From positions 64,001 to 128,000 of the IMG/VR virus record IMGVR_UViG_3300024255_001563: a stretch of 64,000 bases of DNA; one strand, given 5' to 3'. The position numbers were made by a program, and so were the translations under genes. Below are positions 44,958 to 56,700 of this stretch, piece after piece. The stretch's first letter is position 1; every line of letters starts with the position of its first letter. The notes beneath the pieces were generated by a model. It was not told the DNA's origin. It did no database searches and worked only from the letters and a program-made list of their open reading frames with translations. The stretch is from a virus. Its lineage: Duplodnaviria; Caudoviricetes.

Positions 44958-46709
44958 ATGGCACTTGAAAGAAGAGATAATAGCGACAGAGCGTCAAATA
45001 ACACAGGTGTATTTTTAGGTAAAGTAGTAAGTCACCTTGATACAACTTACATGGGCGGCGTACAAGTAGAAATATTAAAAAACAACGAAAGTGGTAGCAT
45101 TACAGGACAAACTGTAAACTGTAAGTATGCTAGTCCGTTTTACGGACAAAGTCCGTATTCTGGGTTAGGAAGAGGTACTGATTATGCAAGTACGCAGAAA
45201 AGTTACGGGTTTTGGGCTGTACCGCCTGATATAGGAACACAAGTAATTGTAGTAATGCCAGAAGGTAACTATTCTAGTGCTTATTGGATAGGATGTGTAC
45301 CTGATACAGGTATGAATTTTATGACTCCGGGCAATGCAGGAACAACATTTAATAATGCTGATCAGTCAGCTGCATTACCAGTTGGTGAATTCAACAAATT
45401 AACAACACAACTCAATGGTAGCGATCCAACAAAGGCAACTAAGCCGGCAATAGATAGTGACCGCTTTACACGTTACAACGAGACTGGATTAATAAAAGAT
45501 CATATTAGAGGATCTAATACTTCTAGTGCTAGGCGAGAAGTTCCAAGTAAAGTATTTGGCATAAGTACTCCGGGACCTGAAGACATACAGGGCCCTAAGC
45601 ATCAATACGGTCCTACACCTGCTACTTCGATACAACGACCATATAACAGATTAGGCGGCTCTAGTTTTGTAATGGACGACGGCGACATGACACTGTTTAG
45701 AAAAAAGCCAGCAGCTGATGGTCCGCTAGAATATGCCAATGCCGAAAAAGGTGATCAAAGTGGTGACCCAACATTGCCAGCAAATGATCTGATTAGATTA
45801 CAAACTAGAACTGGTCATCAAATTTTAATGCACAACACGGAAGATTTAATTTATATTTCTCATGGCAGCGGAAACAGTTGGATAGAAATGACTGCTAATG
45901 GCAAAATTGAAATATATTCTAAAGATAGCATAAGTGTTAATACCGAAAATGATATAAATTTTAATGCAGGAAGAGACATAAATTTTGCTGCTAAAGAAGA
46001 CATTAATTTTGTTGCAGATAAAAATATCAAAATGCATTCATTGGAAACTACAACGCATCATGCGTTAAATTATAAAATGCATGTAGAAGAAAATTCAGAC
46101 ATTAGAATTGACAAAGAGTCATTTACCTATGTTGAACAAGACAAACATTTAGTTGTCAAAGGCAACAAATTAGTATTTGTAGAAGGCAGTGCAGAAACCG
46201 AAGTAAGTTCAGATGTAAAAATGACCCAACGGAACTTTGATATTAAGACTCAACAAGATATTAATTTTTCAGCAGACGCAGGATCTATTAGTCTTACTGC
46301 ACAGCAGAATATTGCAGGAACTGCAACTGCAACTGTAGGTTTTGAAGGGCAAAATGTAGGACTATCTGGTAGGTCAACTGCTGCAATAAGTGCGGGCTTT
46401 ATAGGGTTAAATGGTACAGTACATGCACCTGACCCTGTACCAGGAAATACAACAGTCTCGATGCCCGCCGTCGAAGGAGCAAGAGCGGTAGTAACTTCCG
46501 CTGACGAAGCAGCCGAGTTTGAAGGTGAAGAATTTGCATGTTACCCAAAACGCATTCCGCAGCACGAACCTTGGAAAGAACACGAAAATTTAGACCCAGG
46601 ATCTTATGTTCCAGATGAAACTCGGTCTACAGAAAATGAAAGACCAGAACCGGATGATTCTCCGTTTGAATTTCCGCCACAGGATGATACATTTGCAAAG
46701 GGGCAATAA
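44958..46709 (+). CDS. Baseplate central spike, gp5/VgrG-like (no obvious lysozyme domain)
   Basis: OB-fold GFWAVPPDIGTQVIV...AYWIG; RLQTRTGHQILMHN; beta-helix repeats with DINF.A; C-terminal RIPQHEPW. Confidence 0.85.
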   Translation: MALERRDNSDRASNNTGVFLGKVVSHLDTTYMGGVQVEILKNNESGSITGQTVNCKYASPFYGQSPYSGLGRGTDYASTQKSYGFWAVPPDIGTQVIVVMPEGNYSSAYWIGCVPDTGMNFMTPGNAGTTFNNADQSAALPVGEFNKLTTQLNGSDPTKATKPAIDSDRFTRYNETGLIKDHIRGSNTSSARREVPSKVFGISTPGPEDIQGPKHQYGPTPATSIQRPYNRLGGSSFVMDDGDMTLFRKKPAADGPLEYANAEKGDQSGDPTLPANDLIRLQTRTGHQILMHNTEDLIYISHGSGNSWIEMTANGKIEIYSKDSISVNTENDINFNAGRDINFAAKEDINFVADKNIKMHSLETTTHHALNYKMHVEENSDIRIDKESFTYVEQDKHLVVKGNKLVFVEGSAETEVSSDVKMTQRNFDIKTQQDINFSADAGSISLTAQQNIAGTATATVGFEGQNVGLSGRSTAAISAGFIGLNGTVHAPDPVPGNTTVSMPAVEGARAVVTSADEAAEFEGEEFACYPKRIPQHEPWKEHENLDPGSYVPDETRSTENERPEPDDSPFEFPPQDDTFAKGQ

Positions 46710-47162
46710 ATGAGTACAATAGAAAAAAAGTTATATAAACAAGTTAGCGTAAAGAGTAATACTAATAAAGATTTAGAGTATGTAAAGGCACCTACATACA
46801 AAGGATTTAGTACTATTAGCACTTATGGCGACAGTAATGTTTTGTATGATATTTCCCTTATTAAACAGGATATTATTAATCACTTCCACATACGAAAGGG
46901 TGAAAAGTTATCAGATCCAAGTTTTGGCACCATTATTTGGGATATATTGTTTGAACCTCTAACTGATCAGATAAAAAATAAAATAATACAAGATGTTTCG
47001 GAGATTGTTAATTATGATCAGCGTGTAAGTGTAAACCAGATTATTGTTGATAGTTACGAAAACGGTATTTCTATATCTTGCGAACTAGTGTATCTACCTT
47101 ATTCTATAGTTGAAAAATTACAGTTACAATTCGACGAAGATGCCGGATTTTTTACAGCATAA
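46710..47162 (+). CDS. gp25: Baseplate wedge/sheath initiator, gp25-like
   Basis: IKQDIINHFHIRKGEKLSDPSFGTIIWDILFEPL...IVNYDQRV. Confidence 0.9.
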   Translation: MSTIEKKLYKQVSVKSNTNKDLEYVKAPTYKGFSTISTYGDSNVLYDISLIKQDIINHFHIRKGEKLSDPSFGTIIWDILFEPLTDQIKNKIIQDVSEIVNYDQRVSVNQIIVDSYENGISISCELVYLPYSIVEKLQLQFDEDAGFFTA

Positions 47163-47186
47163 TTATATACGCAGTTATCTTAAATT

Positions 47187-47194
47187 GCTAAATA
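47187..47194 (+). promoter_or_regulatory. T4-like late promoter for gp6/gp7
   Basis: GCTAAATA, 23 nt before ATG 47218, SD AAGGA. Confidence 0.65.
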
Positions 47195-47217
47195 TTACAA
47201 TAAGATAAGGAATACAA

Positions 47218-50200
47218 ATGTCCTCAAGCGATAGACAAAATAGATTACTACTTTCTGAAGACTGGAAACGTGTTTACCAAAGTTTTAGAAATGCAGATTT
47301 TAAAAGCTACGATTTTGATAATCTTCGTAGAACAATGGTTCAGTATTTACGGGAAAATTATCCTGAAGATTTTAACGATTATACAGAAAGTTCCGAATAC
47401 CTTGCACTTATTGACCTTATCGCCTACCTAGGACAAAATATTGCATTCCGTATAGATCTTAATGCAAGAGAAAACTATTTAGAACTTGCAGAACGTAGAG
47501 AAAGTGTACTGCGTCTAGCACGTTTGTTGTCTTACAATCCTAAGCGTAATCAAGCAGCAAACGGTCTTTTAAAATTACAAAGCGTTAGAACATCTGAAGA
47601 AGTTTATGATAGTAATAATATAAATTTACAAGGACAAACTATTGTTTGGAATGACCCGTCTAATTCAGAGTGGTATGAACAGTTTATTAAAATTTTAAAT
47701 TTATCACTTCCTGTAAACAATACTTTTGGGCGCTCTAATAAAAACGAAATTATTAATGGTATAACTACTGAGCAGTACCGATTTAACAGTGTAAATAACG
47801 ATGTCCCGATATTTTCTTTTAATAAAGTAATTGATGGAAGAAGTTTGCAGTTCGAAATAACATCAACAGATATAAGTGCTGATGCTGTTTTAGAAGAAGC
47901 ACCGTTTCCAGGAAATAAATTTGCATTTATTTTTAAGGATGATGGCAAAGGAATTACAAGTCCAAATACAGGATTTTTCTCGCACTTTAGACAAGGCACA
48001 TTAGACCAGGGAGTATTTACTGTAAACAGTCCTAGTACTAATCAGGCAATATCAGTTGAAGCGTTAGATATTAATGACTCTGATGTATGGCTTTATGGTT
48101 TAGATAGTTTAGGCAATGAAAGTGAACTTTGGACTAAAGTTGAAGCATTGCAAGGCAACAATATTATTTACAATAGTTTGTCTAAAAAAGAAAGAAATAT
48201 TTACAGTGTTCTTACTCGTGTAGATGACAGAATAAGTTTAATGTTTAGTGATGGTATTTTTGGAAACTTACCAAAGGGTTCATTTAGAGTATATTACAGA
48301 ACAAGCCAAAATGACAGAACAATTGTAACTCCCAGAGATCTTAGCAATGTTTCTATTAGTATCTCGTATATCTCAAGAAGTGGAAAAACAGAAACATTAA
48401 GATTAATATACAATCTTCAGTATACTGTTGATAACAGTGCAGAAAGCGAATCTACAGACAGTATACGATTCAATGCACCGTCAACATATTATACACAAAA
48501 TAGAATGGTAACGGGTGAAGACTATCAACTTGCTCCACTAGGAATTAGTCAAAATATTGTAAAATCAAAATCAGTAAACAGAACATCAAGTGGCATTAGT
48601 CGATATTTTGATTTAATTGATGCTACTGGAAAATACAGTAAAACTACACTATATGGCAACGACGGAGTCTTGTATAAAGAATATAGTGATTTGTTAGTAA
48701 ATTTTGCATTTCAAACTAAGACAGACGTTGAGGGAGTTATATTAAATTCTATTTTACCAGTATTGTCTAATAAAAAAGTTAGGAATTATTACTTTGACAA
48801 GTTTCCAAGAATTTTAACAGGAGACTTAGAAATTACTTGGAATCAAGAAACAACTGAAACTAATTTAAGTACAGGATATTTTAAAAATAAAGAAGGTGCT
48901 GCACTAAAATTAGGTAGCTTTACATCTTCAATCCTTTCACTACTAAAACAAGGCACACTTATTAAATTTATTGCACCAACAGGCTCGCACTTTAATAAAG
49001 ATTTAGACATTGTTTCGGGTAATCCTTCAATTATAGGAGATACAACATATAAATGGGTTAAATTAATTTCAGTTAACGGAACAGGATTTGAAATTAGAGA
49101 TGATAATACCGGTGCTGTTTACTTAAATGACGAAATTCCAACAGGTGCAATTTTATCAGAAATTAAACCGGCATTGCCAAATAACTTAATTGCAAGCGTA
49201 AAACAACAAGTTATTGATCAGATCTTTGCCTACAAAACGTTTGGTCTACGATTTGATCAAACAGCTAGTGAATGGAGAATTGTTACAGAAAACAACCTAT
49301 CCATTGGCTCAGAGTTTTCGACTGGTAAATCAGGAGACACTACAAATCAACAACTTGATGCTAGTTGGATCTTACTTTTTGAAACAGATGGAGAACGTTA
49401 TAGTGTGACCTATAGAGGCATGCGTTACGTTTTTGAAAGCGACAAGGAAATTAAATTTTATTATGATCCGACAGAAAAAATTTATGATAGTAATTCAGGT
49501 AAAATTATTAAAGATCTAATATCAGTTTTAAGTGTAAACTATCAGCCGGACAGTACGAGTGCGTTTACTAAAGATTATAACTGGGAAATTGTTGACATAT
49601 ACCGTGATGTTGAAGGGTATGTTGATAGCAAAAAAATTGAAATAAGTTTTTTTGATGCAGACGAAGACGGAATTGTTGATGACGCAGACTTGTTTGAAGA
49701 AATTGCTTCACCATCAGTAAACACATTAAACAAATATGTTATTTTTAAAAGAATAAAATCTACTGACGGCGTTGAAGATTTCAATTATCTTGACAATGCT
49801 AATAAAGAAGTTATTATTTTAAGTTCTAAATCAGAAGTACGTCCATTTAGTGAATATAGTAACGGCCAAGTATTTTATTATATAGATAATGACATTTTTG
49901 AAGTATTAGATCAGTCGATTTTAAAATTAAATATTAGTGCAGATTACAAAGCTAGACTAGGTAGAACTGATCTTAAATTTAGATATGTTCATTCTGCAAG
50001 TGCAAATGAAAGAATTGATCCTAGCGCAAGTAATATCATTGATATGTATTTGCTAGAAAGAAATTATGATACATCTTATAGAAATTGGCTATTGAATAAA
50101 TCAACAACAAAGCCATTGCCGCCGAGTAGCGATCAGATGCATATTTCTTATGCACCAAGTTTAAACCAAATTAAGTCACTTACAGACGAAATTATATATC

Positions 50201-50709
50201 ATCCAGTTAAGTACAAAGTACTATTTGGATCAAATGCGGAAGAAGATTTGCAAGCTACATTTAAAGTTGTAAAAAATAAAGACAAAGTTTTAAACAACAA
50301 CGACATAAAGACAAGAGTAATTACAGCAATTAATCAATTTTTTGCATTAGAAAATTGGGATTTTGGCGAAACATTTTATTTCTCAGAACTTGCAAATTAT
50401 GTAATGTACAAATTATCGCCTGACTTATCAACATTTATAATAGTTCCAAATCAAGGCGATCAAGGTTTTGGAAGTCTATTTGAAATAAAATCAGAAAGCA
50501 ATGAAATTTTTATTAGCGGAGCGTCCGTGGATAATATTGAAATAATTGATGCGGTTACTGCGTCAAAGCTTAAAGCAGATAGTAATATAGTAACAGAAGT
50601 GTCGTCGGCAAATGTAGGAATTCAAAGTTCTGCGTTGGACGAAACAGCTACAAAAGTTAGTCCAACACAAAATGTAATTACTAATATTAATAGAGGAAAT
50701 ACTTACTAA
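47218..50709 (+). CDS. gp6: Baseplate wedge subunit, gp6-like
   Basis: SYDFDNLR...FNDYTESSE..ALIDLIAYLG...RENYLELAERRESVLRLARLLSYNP; QNRMVT.EDY. Confidence 0.9.
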   Translation: MSSSDRQNRLLLSEDWKRVYQSFRNADFKSYDFDNLRRTMVQYLRENYPEDFNDYTESSEYLALIDLIAYLGQNIAFRIDLNARENYLELAERRESVLRLARLLSYNPKRNQAANGLLKLQSVRTSEEVYDSNNINLQGQTIVWNDPSNSEWYEQFIKILNLSLPVNNTFGRSNKNEIINGITTEQYRFNSVNNDVPIFSFNKVIDGRSLQFEITSTDISADAVLEEAPFPGNKFAFIFKDDGKGITSPNTGFFSHFRQGTLDQGVFTVNSPSTNQAISVEALDINDSDVWLYGLDSLGNESELWTKVEALQGNNIIYNSLSKKERNIYSVLTRVDDRISLMFSDGIFGNLPKGSFRVYYRTSQNDRTIVTPRDLSNVSISISYISRSGKTETLRLIYNLQYTVDNSAESESTDSIRFNAPSTYYTQNRMVTGEDYQLAPLGISQNIVKSKSVNRTSSGISRYFDLIDATGKYSKTTLYGNDGVLYKEYSDLLVNFAFQTKTDVEGVILNSILPVLSNKKVRNYYFDKFPRILTGDLEITWNQETTETNLSTGYFKNKEGAALKLGSFTSSILSLLKQGTLIKFIAPTGSHFNKDLDIVSGNPSIIGDTTYKWVKLISVNGTGFEIRDDNTGAVYLNDEIPTGAILSEIKPALPNNLIASVKQQVIDQIFAYKTFGLRFDQTASEWRIVTENNLSIGSEFSTGKSGDTTNQQLDASWILLFETDGERYSVTYRGMRYVFESDKEIKFYYDPTEKIYDSNSGKIIKDLISVLSVNYQPDSTSAFTKDYNWEIVDIYRDVEGYVDSKKIEISFFDADEDGIVDDADLFEEIASPSVNTLNKYVIFKRIKSTDGVEDFNYLDNANKEVIILSSKSEVRPFSEYSNGQVFYYIDNDIFEVLDQSILKLNISADYKARLGRTDLKFRYVHSASANERIDPSASNIIDMYLLERNYDTSYRNWLLNKSTTKPLPPSSDQMHISYAPSLNQIKSLTDEIIYHPVKYKVLFGSNAEEDLQATFKVVKNKDKVLNNNDIKTRVITAINQFFALENWDFGETFYFSELANYVMYKLSPDLSTFIIVPNQGDQGFGSLFEIKSESNEIFISGASVDNIEIIDAVTASKLKADSNIVTEVSSANVGIQSSALDETATKVSPTQNVITNINRGNTY

Positions 50710-53700
50710 TGGCTCATAACGATAATCAAAAAGAATTTCCAATTCCGGACGGTAACTCGAATAAAAGAGAAACTGCTAGACATTTACCTAAGTACTTTAG
50801 AACAGAAAAAAATCAAAAGTTTTTACAATCTACATTAGATCAATTATTACAGCCAGGAACTGCTGAAAAAACTAATTCTTTTGTTGGAAGAAAAACAGCT
50901 AAATCTTTTTCTCTTAATGATACTTATTTAGACGAAGTATCAGACGATAGAGCTAATTATCAATTAGAGCCTGTAAGCGTTATTAAAGATCAGAATAATA
51001 ATGTAACGTATTATCAAGAATACAGAGATTATATTAATCAGATTGCAAACTTTGGTGGCGTTAATAATAATCATAGTAGAAATACTAAACAAGAATTTTA
51101 TACAATTGATCCACATATTGACTGGGATAAGTTTACTAATTTTAGAAATTACTATTGGCTTCCGAATGGTCCTCAAGCAGTAGATATTCCTGGCGAACAA
51201 AAAGAAATTGCAAGTACTTACACTGTAGAATTACAGTCGGCATTGGGCGATTATTCCTACGTATTCAGTCCAGACGGGTTAACTAACAATCCAACATTAA
51301 AATTATACAGAGGTGTAAAGTATAGGTTTGAAATTACAACTCCCGGAGTTCCATTAACTTTTAGAACAAAACGAACATTAGACGATGAATTTTTATTAGA
51401 TGAAGGAATAACGGCGCAAGAAGTTGAAAGCGGCGTTATAGAATTAACATTAGGAACAGAATCCCCGGATGAATTGTTTTATGTAGCTAGTAATGATATT
51501 AATATTGGCGGCCTGATTAGAGTTGCAAACCAAGAAGATGCCTCGTTTATCGATGTTACTAGCGAAATACTAAACAAAAAAGCATATACTACTAGAGACG
51601 GCTGGGCGCTAACTAACGGATTAAAGATTAAATTTGCTGGCGAAACCATCCCTTCGACATATGCAGAAGGCGAATGGTACGTAGAAGGTATAGGCGATAA
51701 AATTAACCTAGTTTCAAGTACAGACGTTGACGTATCTTTTCCGGTCGGAATTGATTTAACTGTTCCGTTTGATGATATTGATGGTGAAGGTTTTGACGGA
51801 TTGCCGTTCTCTCAAGCTATTGGATATCCTAAAGATAAAGACTATATTCTTATTAACCGTGCTAGTGTTGATGGTAATTTTTGGGCAAGATACAATAGAT
51901 GGTTCCATAAAGATGTTATCGACTTATCTTCTCGAGTCAACGGAGTTTCGGTTAACTTAGATCAAACACAGCGAGCTAGCCGTCCTATTATTGAATTTGA
52001 TGCAGGCTTAAAATTATATAACTTTGGTACAAAAAATAAATCTAGTGTCGATCTTATAGATAATTTTACATCAGACGTTTTTAGTACTATTGAAGGCGGC
52101 CTTGGATATAATGTTGACGGAATACAACTATCTCAAGGCATGCGAGTATTATTTTTAAATGATCCTGATCCTCTTGTAAAAGGTAGAGTCTTTGAAGTAA
52201 CCTTTATTAATTTTAAAGGTTCTGGCGAAACAGGACAAATTAGTTTAGTAGAGACTGATGATAGTATTCCTCAGTCTGGAGAAAATGTATTAGTAATAAG
52301 AGGCAACGAAAACGGCGGCAAAATATGGTATTTTGATGGAGAAATCTGGAATATTGCACAAGAAAAAACTTCAGTAAACCAACCTCCGATATTTGATGTT
52401 TTTGATAAAGACGACGAAAGCTTTTCAAATACAGAAAAATATATTGCAAGCTCATTTAGAGGAACTAAGATTTTTGGGTATAAAGAAAATCAATTAACAA
52501 CAGATTCTGAATTGGGATTTGGTATTTCTTATAGGAGTATCAGTAACGTAGGTGATATTGTTTTTGATTTTAATTATAACACAGATGCGTTTAATTATCA
52601 AGATAATGATCAAATTACTACTATTCCGATCAACAAAGGCTTTTTAAGAAAGTATTATAACAATAATACATTTGAATCTGTAGGTATTTACACTAAAGCT
52701 CATAGGATGAGTGAACAAAAAGTTATTCTACAGTATGTTAACGACAGAACAAGATTAACATATCCTATTAATTGTTATAACCAAAGTTCTTATTTAGATG
52801 ACTTAACAGTAGCAGTTTATGTTAACAATATAAGACAGAAAGAAAATGTTGACTTTGTATTAGAAAATAATGCAGATAAATTTAAACATGTAAAGTTTAA
52901 TAATACTGTTCCAGTTGATTCGACAATTATTATTAAATGTGCTTCGTCTAAACCTAAAAATAAAAACGGCTATTACGAAATTGCTTCTAATTTAGAAAAA
53001 AACCCGTTGAATGACGACATTGAATCATTAACGTTAGGTGAAATCAGTGAACATGTTGCAACAATAGTTGACAGTTTAATAGATGAAATTGGTGATGAGT
53101 TTACTAGTACAAACTTTAGAGATATTAGTAATTCGTCTAAGTACGGCAAAAAGTTTTTAAAACATAGTTCGCCGCTAAACTTATCAATGTATAGTTTATT
53201 AGATAAAGACTCTAATCTTATAAAATCTATTAGATATGCTAAAAAAGAATATTCCAAATTTAAAAGAGAATTTTTAGAAATTGCAGAAGGATTAGAATTT
53301 AATGGATCTAATAAACAACATGTTGATGAAATTATTAAGGAATTAACAAAAAGTAAAACATCTTCAATGCCATTTTATTTTAGCGATATGATTCCTTATG
53401 GCACAGCAATTAAGACTAGGATCATAGTAGAAGACCCTGATGCTAGATTCTTTGCCTTAAATAGACAATTTACTTTAGATACATTAAGCACACAAGCAGT
53501 AACAGTTTACTTAAATAATACCCAGCTTTTACACGAAAAAGACTATATCTTTAATAGTCAAGGTTTTATCGAAATTACTGCAACAAAGAGCTTTCAAGAC
53601 ATAATCGAAATAAACGAGTACGATACAACTAATGGATCGTTTATACCTCCAACTCCGACAAAATTAGGATTATATCCGTTACATCAACCTGAACAGTTTG

Positions 53701-56700
53701 TTGACAATTCTTACAGCACTCCGGTAACGTTAATTAAAGGACACGATGGAAGCATTGTAAGAGCGTTTAATGACTATAGAGATGAGCTGATTCTAGAATT
53801 AGAAAAGAGAATTTTTAATAATATTAAAGTTAAATATGATCAGACACTGTTTAACATACATAATTACTTACCGGGACTAAATCGTAATACAGGGTTTAGT
53901 AGACAAGAAGTTTACACTCCGATGATTAGTGACTTTTTACAATGGATGACACTTGTTGACACAGATTATACTATAAACAGTTATTACGATAGGCAAAATA
54001 GTTTCACATTTAATTATTCTAAATTATCAGATAAAAACGGCGACATGTTACCGGGTTGGTGGAAAGGTGCATTTAGACATTACTTTGACACTATTACACC
54101 TCACTTAACTCCTTGGACAATGCTAGGTTATACTATAAAACCTACATGGTGGGAAGACCAATATGGCCCGGCACCTTACACTAAAAATAATTATCTTTTA
54201 TGGGAAGATTTAGAAAAGGGCATTATTAGAGAGCCAGGAAAAGGTTTTGTAATCAATCCGCTTTATGCTCGTCCTGGATTAACAACGTTTATACCTGTTG
54301 ACAAAAATGGCAATTTGTTAGGACCTTCAGATTGTAACATTCCTAAGAAGTTTAACACAGTTAATCTTAACGATGGATTTGTATTTGGAGATTCGGCTCC
54401 TGTTGAAGAAGCTTGGAGAAATAGTTCTGAGTTTCCATTTGCATTATTAACTAGCTTGGCAATAAATAATGCACCGTTATTACTAGCTACTGGATACGAT
54501 AGATCTAGACAAGTTCGAAATCAGTTAGGGCATATAGTTTATTCTGAAACAGATACTTACATAAAATTACAAGATATTGTTACTTTCAGTGATGCACAAG
54601 ACTCTCAGTTAATACAAACTTCAGGTGTTGTAAATTATGTGCAAGGATATATGGCTTCTACACTATCAGATAATTTTTATAATTATCAAACAGCATTAAC
54701 GTCGATTCAAAATAATCTAGCATTTAAAGTAGGCGGCTTTACTGATAAAAGTAAGTTTAAATTAATACTTGATAGTAGAACTCCGTTAAACGACGGTAAT
54801 GTATTCATTCCTGAAGAAAACTATCAAATTTTCTTAAGAACTAGCTCTCCATTAAAGACAATTAACTACAGTGGTGTTATTATCGAATTAAGTGCCCAGG
54901 GATTTGTAATTAGAGGTTACGATAGAGAAATACCTGCATTTACTTACTATCCTTCGTACCAGTCATCTAACGATATAAGCACAAATGTTGGCGGAGTTTC
55001 AGAATCGTTTGTGAGATGGGAAGCAAATAGAACGTATTCAAAAGATACTATAGTTGAAGGTGCAGCAGGAGTTTACTACAGGGCTACGTCTACCTTTACT
55101 TCAGTTAATCAAATTGACACTAAGAACTTAGTAAAACTTCCTAAACTACCGGTAACAGGCGGAATTGATGCAATATTTAAAAGCAAGTTTAATAAATCAC
55201 AAACACTAAGTTTGCAATATGGAAGTACACTACGTACTGTACAAGAAGTAATTGATTTTTTATTGGGATATGAAGCTTGGTTAAAAGATCAAGGATTTAG
55301 ATTTGAGTATTTTGACGGCAATGAGCAGATCATTTCAGACTGGAAAGCATCTGCTAAAGAATTTATGTTTTGGGTTACACATAAATGGGGCGAAGGCGCA
55401 TTAATCTCGCTCAGTCCGGCAGCAGATCAAGTGTATTTTGAAACAGAATATTCGATAGTTGATAGCGTAACTGATAATTTTTATGGATATAGCTTACTTA
55501 AAGCAGACGGTAAATCATTAACACAAGACCTTATTAAAATTAATCGTATAGAAGATAACGTTTTTAAACTAGAGCCTGCTAGTGCAACAGATGGAATTTA
55601 TGCTATTAAGCTTCCTGTTGTACAAAAAGAGCATGTTGTATTAATTGACAATTTATCAGTATTTAATGATATTGTTTATCAGCCAGAAACAGGATACAGG
55701 CAAGACAGAATTAAAATATTTGGATACCGCACAGGCGACTGGAACGGTAGTTTAAATATTCCTGGATTTATATATTCGGAAGTTAACATAAGTGACTGGG
55801 AGCCTTGGAAAGATTACAAAGTAGGCGATATAGTAAAATACAAAGAATTTTATTATACTGCTGATAAACAAGTACCTGGAGAAGAATTCTTTAATTTCTA
55901 TAGTTGGAAACGTCTAGACGATGTTCCATCTAGCAAACTACAGCCAAATTTTGATTATAAAGCTACACAGTTTACAGATTTTTATGATCTAGACACTGAC
56001 AATTTTGATGTCGAGCAGCAACAGCTTGCACAACATTTAATTGGTTATCAAAAGCGCCAGTATTTAGAAAATATTGTTAATGACGAAGTTAGTGCGTATA
56101 AATTTTATCAAGGAATGATTAAAGAAAAAGGGTCTAAAAATAGTCTTGATAAATTATTTGATGTACTAAGCGAGACAGATTCTGATAGCCTTGATTTTTA
56201 TGAAGAGTGGGCAATTAAACAAGGTCAATACGGATCAGCCGAAGGCTTTGATGAAGTTGAATTTAAATTAGACGAGCAAAAGTTTAGGTTAAACCCGCAA
56301 CCGATAAAATTAACAAATTTAGATAATCTAGAGGGATTAACATACGGAATTAAAGACTACGAAGTATTTAAAAAACCTAGCAATTATTCTACAGATTTAT
56401 TTCCGACACTAGATACTTATAGCCAGTTTACACGTAGTCCCGGATTTGTTAATCTTGACGATACAAAATATATACTATCTAATTATGATGACTTACTAAC
56501 ATTAAACATAGATACAACATTAAAAGGCGAGTATGTTTGGGTAGGATCTAGTTTAAATTCTTGGAATGTTTATCAATATGATAAAATAGATACAACTTTA
56601 ATTGGGGTTCAAACACTTCCTGAAAAAGTAACTGATACAACATCAGCTTATGAATTAAAATTAACTTTAAATAATTCTCCTAGTGTCGACGTTGGAGAAA

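Noticed and set aside
44958-46709. T4-type lysozyme domain in gp5, or an adjacent PAAR gene
   Set aside because: No lysozyme catalytic motif recognised between the OB fold and the beta-helix, and no PAAR ORF in the window.
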